The translations under genes were made by a program, and so were the position numbers. The notes beneath the pieces were generated by a model, which was not told the origin of the DNA, did no database searches, and saw nothing but the letters and a program-made list of their open reading frames with translations. This document shows positions 9,558 through 18,563 of a DNA stretch of 64,000 nt, in pieces. This DNA is from Trueperaceae bacterium (GTDB lineage Bacteria > Deinococcota > Deinococci > Deinococcales > Trueperaceae). The stretch covers positions 25,103-89,102 of the forward strand of contig DASSXV010000075.1 in the NCBI GenBank assembly GCA_035703635.1, read 5' to 3'. Position 1 is the stretch's first letter; each line of letters starts with the position of its first letter.

Positions 9558-11087
9558 ATGCGACGAAATAGCTTCATCCTCACGCTCCTGGCAACCCTCC
9601 TGCTACTGGGCTCGGTCGCCCACGCGCAGGGAACCGAACCGACAACGGTGACGATCGCCCTCACCGACGACCCGCCATCCGGCGACCCACACAAGACGAG
9701 GGGAGCGAACGGCGGCCACCTGCTTTTCAACCTGTTCGACGGCCTCGTGGCGCTTAGCGGCGACATGACGACGATCATGCCGGCGCTCGCCACATCGTGG
9801 GAGCAGGTAGACGACCTGACCTGGAGCTTCACACTTCGTGAGGGCGTGAAGTTCCATAACGGGGAGCCGTTCACCGCCGCGGCGGTGCAGTACTCCATCA
9901 CCCGCATCCTCGACCCTAACGCAGTGCGTTTCAACACTGACTACAAGCAGATAGGCGAAGTTGACGTGGTTGACGACTACCACGTCATCATCCACACCAA
10001 GGTTCCCGACCCGAACTTCATCGCCAAGATGGCCGGCTTGCACATCGTGCCTCCCGTCTACACCGCCTCAGTGAGCGAGGAAGAGTTCGGCTCTCACCCC
10101 ATCGGCACGGGTCCATACCACCTAGTCGAGTGGACCCTCGGGCAGCGCCTCGTCCTCGAAGCCAACGACGACTACTGGAACGGCCGTCCGACCGTCGATC
10201 GCCTGGTCTTCCGCCCCATCCCCGAAGCTTCGACGCGCCTGGCGGAGCTGCAGGCCGGCACCGTCGATCTCATCGTCGGCCTCAACTACGACGCCATCCC
10301 GCTGCTCGACGCCGATCCCAACCTGCGGGTGGAGGCAAACACCGGCCGCCGCACCGTGATCATGCACATGGACCTGCTCAACGGCGCCAAGCCACTCCAA
10401 GACGTGCGCGTGAGGCAGGCCATGAGCTACGCCATCGACCGGCAGCTGCTCATCGACTCGGTCCTCAACGGTTACGGCACGCCACTGGCCACCATCTTCC
10501 GGCCCGACATGGCAGGCTACTCGGCAGACTTCCAGCCGTACCCATACGACCCGGAGCGCGCCCGCGAGCTACTTGCGGAAGCTGGTTACCCGGACGGCTT
10601 CTCCATCCGTTTCATGACGAGCGACGGCATCGTGACCAAGGGCGTTGAGGTCGCTGAGGCGCTCGGCGCCATGCTGGGCGACGTCGGCATCAAGGTCGAC
10701 GTGCTTCCCGTAGCTCTCCAAGTGATGCGCGACATGTACATCGGCAACCCCGAGCCGGCCAGCGGCAAAGTGGAACCGCTGTTCATGTTCAACTACGGCG
10801 CTCCCACGCCGGACGCTACGAGTCCGCTCAAGGCGCTCGTGCAGACTGGCGGCATCGAGGCGTTCTACAACGACCCCACCATGAACGCGCTGATCGACGA
10901 GTACGCCTCCGAAATGAACCCCACCACGCGCGCAAGCGTCGCGCACGACATCCAGGAGAAGCTCTACAACGACCTTCCGATCATCGCGCTCTACCTCCAG
11001 CTCGACACGTACGGGGTAAGCGAACGCCTCAACTGGACCGCCCGCAAGGACGAGTACGTCCTCGGCAAGGACATAAGCATCCGCTAG
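9558..11087 (+). CDS. Peptide/nickel ABC transporter substrate-binding protein (family 5)
   Basis: Signal peptide AHA-Q; LATSWE, LREGVKFHNG, PIGTGPY, DVRVRQAMSYAIDR, YDPERARELLAEAGY. Confidence 0.93.
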   Translation: MRRNSFILTLLATLLLLGSVAHAQGTEPTTVTIALTDDPPSGDPHKTRGANGGHLLFNLFDGLVALSGDMTTIMPALATSWEQVDDLTWSFTLREGVKFHNGEPFTAAAVQYSITRILDPNAVRFNTDYKQIGEVDVVDDYHVIIHTKVPDPNFIAKMAGLHIVPPVYTASVSEEEFGSHPIGTGPYHLVEWTLGQRLVLEANDDYWNGRPTVDRLVFRPIPEASTRLAELQAGTVDLIVGLNYDAIPLLDADPNLRVEANTGRRTVIMHMDLLNGAKPLQDVRVRQAMSYAIDRQLLIDSVLNGYGTPLATIFRPDMAGYSADFQPYPYDPERARELLAEAGYPDGFSIRFMTSDGIVTKGVEVAEALGAMLGDVGIKVDVLPVALQVMRDMYIGNPEPASGKVEPLFMFNYGAPTPDATSPLKALVQTGGIEAFYNDPTMNALIDEYASEMNPTTRASVAHDIQEKLYNDLPIIALYLQLDTYGVSERLNWTARKDEYVLGKDISIR

Positions 11088-11100
11088 TCGCCGACGCTCT

Positions 11101-11130
11101 CGTTACCCCGGGCCTTCGTCCGGGGTAACG
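11101..11130 (+). terminator. Intra-operon stem-loop after the binding-protein gene
   Basis: CGTTACCCCGG-N8-CCGGGGTAACG, perfect 11-bp stem. Confidence 0.6.
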
Positions 11131-11166
11131 GGTCTTCGTCGCTAGCGGAGCGGATCGCGAGGAGAG

Positions 11167-12084
11167 ATGGGTCGCTACGTAGTCAGCCGTTCGTTGCAGG
11201 CCGTGTTCGTGATCCTGGCGGTGCTGGTGGTCACGTTCATCATCGTGCGTGCCGTTGGCGACCCGTCGAGGTTGCTGGTGAGCCCGGAAGGTTCTCGCGA
11301 GAACCTCGCGCAGATACGCCACGTCCTTGGGCTCGACGCCCCACTGCAAGTTCAGTTCGTGAGGTTCGTCGGCGACGTCGTCAGAGGCGATTTCGGCAAG
11401 TCGTTCACGTTCGGTAGGCCCGCCTTGCAACTCGTACTTGAACGCGTGCCCGCCACCCTGCTACTCGCCCTTACCGCTCTCGCCCTCGCGGTGCCTACCG
11501 GCATACTGCTCGGGATGGTGTCCGCCGTGAAACGGAACACCATCTACGACAACCTGGCGACCACCCTGGCCGTGTTGGGGCGCGCCGTGCCCAACTTCTG
11601 GCTCTCCATCATGCTCATCGTCGTGTTCGGCGCATACCTTAAGTGGTTACCGCCATCCGGCTACGGCACCCCACTTCACATCATCATGCCGTCCGTGGCG
11701 CTCAGCGCAGGCTTGGCTGCCATAGTCGCAAGGCTGACGCGGTCCAGCCTCCTGGAAGTCATGAGTCAGGACTTCGTGCGCACGGCCAGAGCCAAGGGCC
11801 TTAGCGAGTCGCGCGTCCTCACCCGCCACGTGCTACGCAATGCCCTCATCCCCATAGCCACTGTCGTTGGCCTGCAGGCTGGTCACCTCCTGGGAGGCGC
11901 CATCATCACTGAGACGATCTTCGCATGGCCCGGCGTTGGCAGACTCCTCACCCAGTCGATCTACAACTACGACTACCCCGTGGTGCAAACGAGCGTCTTC
12001 ATCATCTCCGTCACCTTCGTGTTCCTCAACCTGGCCATCGACCTCCTCTACGCCCTGATCGACCCGCGCATCCGCTATGACTGA
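11167..12084 (+). CDS. Peptide ABC permease (DppB/OppB-like)
   Basis: GDFGKSF, DFVRTARAKGL, HVLRNAL, ETIFAWPGVG, DPRIRY. Confidence 0.93.
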   Translation: MGRYVVSRSLQAVFVILAVLVVTFIIVRAVGDPSRLLVSPEGSRENLAQIRHVLGLDAPLQVQFVRFVGDVVRGDFGKSFTFGRPALQLVLERVPATLLLALTALALAVPTGILLGMVSAVKRNTIYDNLATTLAVLGRAVPNFWLSIMLIVVFGAYLKWLPPSGYGTPLHIIMPSVALSAGLAAIVARLTRSSLLEVMSQDFVRTARAKGLSESRVLTRHVLRNALIPIATVVGLQAGHLLGGAIITETIFAWPGVGRLLTQSIYNYDYPVVQTSVFIISVTFVFLNLAIDLLYALIDPRIRYD

Positions 12085-12946
12085 CACCGCGACCAAGAAG
12101 CGCGCGAAGACCGGCCTACGCGGCTTGCTCAACAGCCGCACCGCCACTGCAGGAGCCGTCATACTCATCTGCCTCGTGGTGTTGGCGGCCTTCGCTCCCC
12201 TAATCGCCCCACACGACCCCGCCAAGCAGGACCTGCGCGCGCGACTCGCGCCGCCTGCTTGGGTCGCCAAGGGCAGCATCACGCACCTGCTGGGCACGGA
12301 CCAACTCGGCCGGGACATCCTCTCCAGAGTGATCTACGGCACGCGGATCTCGCTGCTCGTGGGGGTATCCGTCGTCCTGCTCGCAAGTACGGTCGGCACG
12401 CTGCTCGGGTTGTTGGCTGGCTTCCTAGGAGGCCGGGTAGACGCGCTGCTCATGCGCATCGTCGACGTCTTCCTTGCCTTCCCGTTCCTGTTGCTTGCCA
12501 TCGTCATCATGGCCATGCTCGGGGCCAGCCTCACCAACATCATCCTGGTGCTGGCGATCACGGGTTGGGTCGACTACGCCAGGGTAGTCAGGTCGCAAGT
12601 GCTATCCGTCCGGGAACTCGAGTACATCACGGCGGCCAAGGCGCTGGGTGCCCGCAACCCCGTCATCATGCTCAAGCACATCCTTCCCAACGTCGTTGCC
12701 TCCGTAATCGTGATCGGCAGCCTGCAGTTGGGTTCGGTCATCATCGCCGAGGCGTCACTGACGTTCCTCGGCCTCGGCATCCCGCCGTCCATCCCGACCT
12801 GGGGCTCCATGCTCGCTTCAGGTCGCGAGTACTTCGTCCTTGCCTGGTGGCTTCCTACGTTCCCGGGTATCGCCATCGTCCTGACGGTGCTGTCAGTCAA
12901 CTTCCTCGGCGACTGGCTGCGTGACGTGTTCGACCCCACCCTGTGA
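12077..12946 (+). CDS. Peptide ABC permease (DppC/OppC-like)
   Basis: HLLGTDQLGRDILSR, EYITAAKALG, HILPN, PTWGSML, GDWLRD. Confidence 0.93.
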   Translation: MTDTATKKRAKTGLRGLLNSRTATAGAVILICLVVLAAFAPLIAPHDPAKQDLRARLAPPAWVAKGSITHLLGTDQLGRDILSRVIYGTRISLLVGVSVVLLASTVGTLLGLLAGFLGGRVDALLMRIVDVFLAFPFLLLAIVIMAMLGASLTNIILVLAITGWVDYARVVRSQVLSVRELEYITAAKALGARNPVIMLKHILPNVVASVIVIGSLQLGSVIIAEASLTFLGLGIPPSIPTWGSMLASGREYFVLAWWLPTFPGIAIVLTVLSVNFLGDWLRDVFDPTL

Positions 12947-12983
12947 AGCACAAGACTCGCTCCTCACCCTCAAAGGAGTACGC

Positions 12984-14006
12984 ATGACAGACCAAACCCC
13001 TTCCACGGCCGAACCCAAGCGGTCACATCGCCTGGCGCCGGTCACGACTCGGGCATCAGGCGAAACGCTCAGCCTGGCCATCCACACCATCACAGGGGCG
13101 CAACCCGGCCCCACCCTTGGTCTCTTCAGCACGTCGCACGGGGACGAGGCCTTCACTGTGCAGGTGATAAAGGCGGTGCTCGAGCGCGTTGACCCCGCCC
13201 ACCTACGCGGGACCATCCGCGCCCTGCCGGTAGGCAATCCGGTCGCCTTCGAGTCGTACACGCGCTCCACGGGCCAAGGCATGAACACCGACAAGACGAA
13301 CCTGAACCGCGTCTTCCCTGGCAACCCCCGAGGTTGGCTCACGGAGCAGATCGCCCACGTCATCAGCGAGGAGTTCGTCCCTGGGCTCGACGCGCTCATC
13401 GACTTCCACTGCGGCAACTCGGAGACGGCGATCGACTATGTGCTCCTCGAGGCCGACGACAGCGCTGCGGGGCGCCGTTCGACCGAATTGTCAAAGCTTT
13501 GCGGCAGCGACCTGCTCTACACCGCCCCGACGCCGGAGCAGGGCGGCACCCTATCGCAGTACGCGAAGAGCCTCGGGATACCGGCGGTCATAGCCCAGTG
13601 GGGTGGCAACATCCAGAACCCGAGCGCGTACGTTGACCGCTGCTTCGTGGGCGTCCGCAACGTGCTCATCCACTTGGGCATGCTCGACGGCGACATCGTC
13701 CTGCCCGAGCGCCAGACCATGCTAAGCGGTGCTCGTACGCTGTTGTCTCCTCAGAACGGCGGGCTGTTCTTCCCCGTCATCGGCTTCGATCAGTTGAGCC
13801 AGACGGTGCCGCGCGGCACGGTACTGGGACGCGTCTATTCCCCCCACACGCTGGAACTATTGGAGGAGCTGCGAGCACCATACGATCAGAGTGTGGTGAT
13901 CATGCTCCGCGGCACCCTGTCGCGCGTGAACCCTGGCGACTACGCCTACATACTGTGCAACGGCGCCACGGCCGAAACCATCGACAACAAGAAGAGGGCC
14001 AACTGA
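12984..14006 (+). CDS. Second AstE/AspA-like M14 metallohydrolase
   Basis: HGDE, PVGNP, NLNRVFPG, IDFHCG; AQWGG at the usual catalytic Glu position. AAGGAG before ATG 12984. Confidence 0.85.
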   Translation: MTDQTPSTAEPKRSHRLAPVTTRASGETLSLAIHTITGAQPGPTLGLFSTSHGDEAFTVQVIKAVLERVDPAHLRGTIRALPVGNPVAFESYTRSTGQGMNTDKTNLNRVFPGNPRGWLTEQIAHVISEEFVPGLDALIDFHCGNSETAIDYVLLEADDSAAGRRSTELSKLCGSDLLYTAPTPEQGGTLSQYAKSLGIPAVIAQWGGNIQNPSAYVDRCFVGVRNVLIHLGMLDGDIVLPERQTMLSGARTLLSPQNGGLFFPVIGFDQLSQTVPRGTVLGRVYSPHTLELLEELRAPYDQSVVIMLRGTLSRVNPGDYAYILCNGATAETIDNKKRAN

Positions 14007-14227
14007 TGACGCCTGAAGCGACGGACTCCGCCCTGGACCTGGACATCGAACAAGTACGGTTCTTGCTCAAGCAGCAGGGATATGTGATCCCAGAAGAGGA
14101 ACTCGTGGAAGTAACGGCCAGCCTGAACGCCCTCATCGAAGGCCTGAGTCACATGGAGCATTACGGCGAGCTCCAGAACGAGCCCTGGCCCACCCTCGTC
14201 GGCTACACGGGAACCGCGGATGCTTGA
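14006..14227 (+). CDS. Small acidic protein (73 aa), possible GatC/AtzG-like amidase partner
   Basis: TGATG overlap with the upstream gene and overlap with the amidase start. Helical acidic sequence ending ...NEPWP. Confidence 0.65.
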   Translation: MTPEATDSALDLDIEQVRFLLKQQGYVIPEEELVEVTASLNALIEGLSHMEHYGELQNEPWPTLVGYTGTADA

Positions 14228-15653
14228 CGAGCACTACGCCTTCATGTCGCTGACGGACCAGGCCGCACTCATCCGCACCGGTGAGTTGTCGCCCGTGGCC
14301 CTCGTCGAGCTCTATCTCGACCGTATAGCTAAGTACAACGACCGCATCAACGCATTCATCACGGTGGCGGCCGACTCGGCGCTGGCCAGGGCGCGGCTAG
14401 CGGAGCAAGAGATCAAGGCTGGCGACTACCGCGGCCCGCTTCACGGCATCCCCGTCGGCGTCAAGGATCAGATGCAGATTAACGGCATGCGCGTGACGGG
14501 CGGTTCGAAGATCTACGCTGACGCCATCGGCACGCGCGACGCCACCGTCATCGCGCGACTGAGGGCGGCTGGAGCGGTCCTGCTCGGAACCCTCAACACC
14601 CACGAGTTCCACATGGGCCCGACCGTCAACTTCCCTTACGGCACACCGCGCAACCCGTGGAACCTCGAGCGCAACCCCGGCGGTTCGTCGAGCGGCTCCG
14701 CCACTGCGCTCGCAGCTGGCCTCGTCAGTGCGGCCCTCGGCGGCGACACCGGCGGCTCGATTAGGGGGCCAGCCACGGCCTGCGGTGTGGTGGGACTGAA
14801 GCCGACCTGGTCACGCGTGAGCCGTGACGGCGTGTTCCCGCTCGGCTGGACGCTTGACTGCGTCGGGCCGCTAGCCAGGACGGTGCCAGACGCGGCCGCC
14901 GTGCTTCAGGTCATCGCCGGATACGACCCACTCGACGCAACAAGTAGTCGGAAGGCAGTGCCAGATTACGGCCAGGCCCTCACAGACACCTCCTTGAAGG
15001 GCCTACGCATCGGCGTGGTCAAGGAGATGTACAGCGACGACATCACGGGCCCCGACGCGCTCGCGGCCGTGAAGGGCGCGCTGGACTTCCTCGAAGCCAA
15101 GGGTGCCATCCTCAGCGCCGTCAGCTTGCCCCTCATGCGGGAGACGCGCTTCGTCTCACCCGCCCTCACGAAGCCGGAGGCGGCCAGCTACCACCGGAGG
15201 AACCTCCTCGAGCGCTACCTGGACTTCGACTACAACACCCGGGTCAGCTCCATGGTAGGGGCCATCCTGCCCGCTGGCCTCGCGTCGCGCGCGCAGCGCG
15301 CCAGGGTCGTGATCGGGCAACAAGTGCTGGATGCCCTAGAAGACGTCGATGTACTGGTGGGCGCCGGTTCGGCCGGAGGAGCCGTGCCCATCGTTCCCCG
15401 CCCGCCGATCAAGACCAAGCAAGAGGCGTTGGAGAAGATCTACGGAGTCGGCAAGGCGGCAGGCCAATACACCCGCGTATTCAGTCTTGCCGGCACACCG
15501 GCGATGGTGGTGCCGGCCGGCTTCGATCACGAAGGCCTGCCGCTCAGCCTCCACATCGCTGGGGGGCTATTCGACGAAGCGACAGTCTTACGTGTAGGTA
15601 ACGCCTTCCAACGAGAGACGAATTGGCACGGGAGGCGACCGCCCTTAGCTTGA
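14220..15653 (+). CDS. Amidase-signature family amidase (GatA/AtzE-like)
   Basis: GPLHGIPVGVKD, RNPWN...PGGSSSGS, GGDTGGSIRGPA (Lys-cisSer-Ser triad). Confidence 0.92.
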   Translation: MLDEHYAFMSLTDQAALIRTGELSPVALVELYLDRIAKYNDRINAFITVAADSALARARLAEQEIKAGDYRGPLHGIPVGVKDQMQINGMRVTGGSKIYADAIGTRDATVIARLRAAGAVLLGTLNTHEFHMGPTVNFPYGTPRNPWNLERNPGGSSSGSATALAAGLVSAALGGDTGGSIRGPATACGVVGLKPTWSRVSRDGVFPLGWTLDCVGPLARTVPDAAAVLQVIAGYDPLDATSSRKAVPDYGQALTDTSLKGLRIGVVKEMYSDDITGPDALAAVKGALDFLEAKGAILSAVSLPLMRETRFVSPALTKPEAASYHRRNLLERYLDFDYNTRVSSMVGAILPAGLASRAQRARVVIGQQVLDALEDVDVLVGAGSAGGAVPIVPRPPIKTKQEALEKIYGVGKAAGQYTRVFSLAGTPAMVVPAGFDHEGLPLSLHIAGGLFDEATVLRVGNAFQRETNWHGRRPPLA

Positions 15654-15670
15654 CGGGAGAAGGGCGCAGA

Positions 15671-15699
15671 AGCGGGGCCGCTACGGTAGCGGCCCCGCT
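15671..15699. terminator. Hairpin between convergent operons
   Basis: AGCGGGGCCGCTA-CGG-TAGCGGCCCCGCT, 13-bp inverted repeat. Confidence 0.7.
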
Positions 15700-15781
15700 G
15701 ACGTTCAGGTCATCGGGTTGGCGAGCGTAACGGCAATGCACCCTGGCTGAGAGCGCGCTAGCTGCAGACCTTCAAGAGCGA

Positions 15782-16675
15782 CTAGTCTGCATAGAAGACC
15801 TTGTTCAAATCCATGGACGCCTCGATCGTCGTGAGTCGCTCCATCGCCGAGCGGTGTAGCCGCTTGCCAACTGCTGCAACTAGCGCGTGCGCCAACGCCA
15901 CGACAGCGGTATACGACTGAATGAACGCCTCAGACTGCATGGCGACTAGCATCACGTAATCAGCCCGCGTGGCCAGTGGCCCAATAGGATCGTCCGTGAT
16001 GGCGACGACCTGGGCGGATGCCCTCCGGGCCGTATCGATCGCGTTGATGGTATGCACCGATTGTCGCGAGAAGGCGAACCCGATGACCACGTCCTGAGGT
16101 CCAACGTCTATCAGGTGGTCTATCAACATGTCCGCCTGGTGGGTGAGTGCAGTCACGCTCGGGCGCAGCATGCTTAGGGAGTAGCCTAGAAGCTCGGCGC
16201 CTGGCGCCGCACCACGCATGCCGACGGTGACTACGCGACGGGCGCCAGCAATCACAGATATGCACTTTTCAAACTCGTCTGGGTCGACCTGCTGCCGAGT
16301 GATTTGAAGGTTGTATGCGTCTGTATCGAAGGCGGCTTGCAATGGGTTCGAGTCGCTCGACCCACGGGATACGGCTTCTTCAAGGCGGTCCGGAGTAACG
16401 CGAGTAAGCCGCTTGCGAATCTCCTCTTGTACCTCAGTTTGCAGCGCTGGGTAGTTAGCGTAACCAAGCGCCTTGGAGAAGCGGAGCACGCTCGATTCAC
16501 TTACGCCCACCAGTTCACTTAATCGCGCCGCTGGGAGGAAGGCGGCATCAAGCGGTCGCAGCGCCAGATGCTCGCCGATGCGCCGTTCAGACCGGGTCAT
16601 CTCACCAAGACGCGTCTTGATGCGGGCGATGAGTGGACCGTTCGGTAGCTGCAATGCGCTTGAGTCGCCTGTCAT
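15782..16675 (-). CDS. RpiR/MurR family transcriptional regulator (HTH + SIS)
   Basis: MTRSERRIG...VGVSESSVLRFSKALGY; SIS motifs DVVIGFAFSR and VVAITD. Confidence 0.9.
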   Translation of the reverse strand: MTGDSSALQLPNGPLIARIKTRLGEMTRSERRIGEHLALRPLDAAFLPAARLSELVGVSESSVLRFSKALGYANYPALQTEVQEEIRKRLTRVTPDRLEEAVSRGSSDSNPLQAAFDTDAYNLQITRQQVDPDEFEKCISVIAGARRVVTVGMRGAAPGAELLGYSLSMLRPSVTALTHQADMLIDHLIDVGPQDVVIGFAFSRQSVHTINAIDTARRASAQVVAITDDPIGPLATRADYVMLVAMQSEAFIQSYTAVVALAHALVAAVGKRLHRSAMERLTTIEASMDLNKVFYAD

Positions 16676-16723
16676 ACTCCCCAACTCCTCCTTCAGTCAA
16701 CTGACGCTCTGGAGTCTTCTCGG

Positions 16724-17620
16724 TCAGCTAACGACGCGTGGGTCAAGAAGGTCCCGTAACCAATCACCAACAAAGTTGATGGCGAGTACCGTAACCATTA
16801 TTGCTGCGCCCGGCAAAGTCGTCAGCCACCAAGCAACCCTCATGTAATCGCGTCCCTCTGCCAACATAGAACCCCATGTCGGAATACTCACGTCTACGCC
16901 GAGCCCAAGGAACGAGAGCGCCGATTCCGTGAGGATGTTGGTGGCGATGGAGAACGACGCCACGACGACGACGGTATTCAAGACGTTGGGGAGCAGATGG
17001 CTCAACATCACCCGTACACTGCCCATGCCTAACGCCCGACACGCCTCGATGTGCTGCCTCTCCATCAAGCCTTTGGCCTCGCTGCGCACTACCCTGGCGA
17101 ACACATCCCAACGACCCACGCCTAACACCAGGATCAGCTGCGGGAGCCCAGAACCTAGTGCGGCAAGAACGGTCAGCGCTAGGAGAATGAACGGAAACGC
17201 GAGCTGGGCTTCTACCAGCCTCATGAGCACGTTGTCGAGCCAGCCGCCGTAGTACGCAGCTGTCAGGCCGATGGTAAGGCCGAGTACCAGCGAGATGGCG
17301 ACAGCGATCAACGAAACTGAGAGTGAGACCCGGGCGCCATAGAGCAGGCGTGCGAACACGTCGCGGCCCAGCGCGTCTGTCCCGAGTATGTGAAGCTGAC
17401 CCTTGGTCGTGGTCAAAGGGGCTTGTAAGCGACTTCCAAGAGATATGGCGCGGGGGTCTGCATCGGAGATGAAGCCAGCCCCTAGTGCAGCGGCCACCAG
17501 AATGACGAGCACGATCGCGCCAATCAGGCCGTTCCTGTGGGCGAGCAGCTTGCGAAGCCAAGGGGCCATCCTGGCCCCAGCCGGTCCCTTATCTGCGCGC
17601 CTGGTCGCTGGAAGGGCCAT
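16724..17620 (-). CDS. Peptide ABC permease (DppC-like)
   Basis: HILGTDALGRD, HLLPN, PTWGSML, GDWLRDLLDPR. Confidence 0.92.
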   Translation of the reverse strand: MALPATRRADKGPAGARMAPWLRKLLAHRNGLIGAIVLVILVAAALGAGFISDADPRAISLGSRLQAPLTTTKGQLHILGTDALGRDVFARLLYGARVSLSVSLIAVAISLVLGLTIGLTAAYYGGWLDNVLMRLVEAQLAFPFILLALTVLAALGSGLPQLILVLGVGRWDVFARVVRSEAKGLMERQHIEACRALGMGSVRVMLSHLLPNVLNTVVVVASFSIATNILTESALSFLGLGVDVSIPTWGSMLAEGRDYMRVAWWLTTLPGAAIMVTVLAINFVGDWLRDLLDPRVVS

Positions 17621-18534
17621 CAGTAGCGCAACCTCGGGTCGACGACGGAATGAGTAATGTCAACCAGGGCATTCACCAGAACGAACCCGATAGCAAGGAA
17701 CGCGACGATCGTCTGCAATAAGGGGAAATCCTTAGTTACGATCGCTTGCACCGCCAATCGCCCAACGCCGGGCCAAGAGAAGACTGTTTCCGTGATCACT
17801 GAGCCGCCAACGAAGCTGCCCATCTGGATCCCTATTACCGTCAGTGTTGGGCCGATAGCGTTGCGTAGCGCGTGCTTGAACAGGAGCGCCGCCTTGGGCA
17901 CCCCTTTGGCTTGCGCCGTGCGCATGTAGTCTTGCCCAAGAACCTCGAGCGTGGAAGATCGAATCAATCGAACGTTGTAGGCCAATGGGAACAGCGAGAG
18001 GGTGAGAGTGGGCAGCACGAGGTGAGCCCACGTTCCCCGGCCGGACGCCGGGAACCAGCCGAGCATCACCGAGAAGACCATGATCGCTAAGCTTCCCAGC
18101 CAGAACACCGGCGCCGCCTGCCCGATAAGGGCCACGTTCATGATGAGGTTGTCTACCCAGGAATTCTTACGTGAAGCGGCCAGCACTCCTGCAGGGATGG
18201 CGAGGATGGTTCCTAGGGTCAAGCTGAGCGCAGCCAGCTGCAGCGTGGCTGGCAGCCTCGCCGAGAAGAGGCGTACGTTGGGCTCTTGATGGTAAAGGGA
18301 GGTGCCGAAGTCGCCATGTAGCGCTCGCCAGAGGAAAGTACCGTACTGGGCGATAAGCGGCTTATCGAAACCCATGCGGACGCGAAATGCTTGGATCTCC
18401 TGCTGCGTCGCGCCTTCGCCCAGCATCAAGCCCGCTGGGTCACCCGTAAGGAACGTGGTGAGGAACACGAAGAGCGTGACCAAGATGACCACAGCGATCG
18501 CCTGAAGGGCACGATTCACTAGGAGTCTCATCAT
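17620..18534 (-). CDS. Peptide ABC permease (DppB-like)
   Basis: GDFGTSL, DYMRTAQAKG, HALRNA, ETVFSWPGVG. Confidence 0.92.
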   Translation of the reverse strand: MMRLLVNRALQAIAVVILVTLFVFLTTFLTGDPAGLMLGEGATQQEIQAFRVRMGFDKPLIAQYGTFLWRALHGDFGTSLYHQEPNVRLFSARLPATLQLAALSLTLGTILAIPAGVLAASRKNSWVDNLIMNVALIGQAAPVFWLGSLAIMVFSVMLGWFPASGRGTWAHLVLPTLTLSLFPLAYNVRLIRSSTLEVLGQDYMRTAQAKGVPKAALLFKHALRNAIGPTLTVIGIQMGSFVGGSVITETVFSWPGVGRLAVQAIVTKDFPLLQTIVAFLAIGFVLVNALVDITHSVVDPRLRY

Positions 18535-18563
18535 CGTTGCCTACTCCTCACCATCGCTCGGAC

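Noticed and set aside
14006-15653. gatC-gatA of the tRNA amidotransferase
   Set aside because: There is no gatB, and the genes sit at the end of a catabolic operon.
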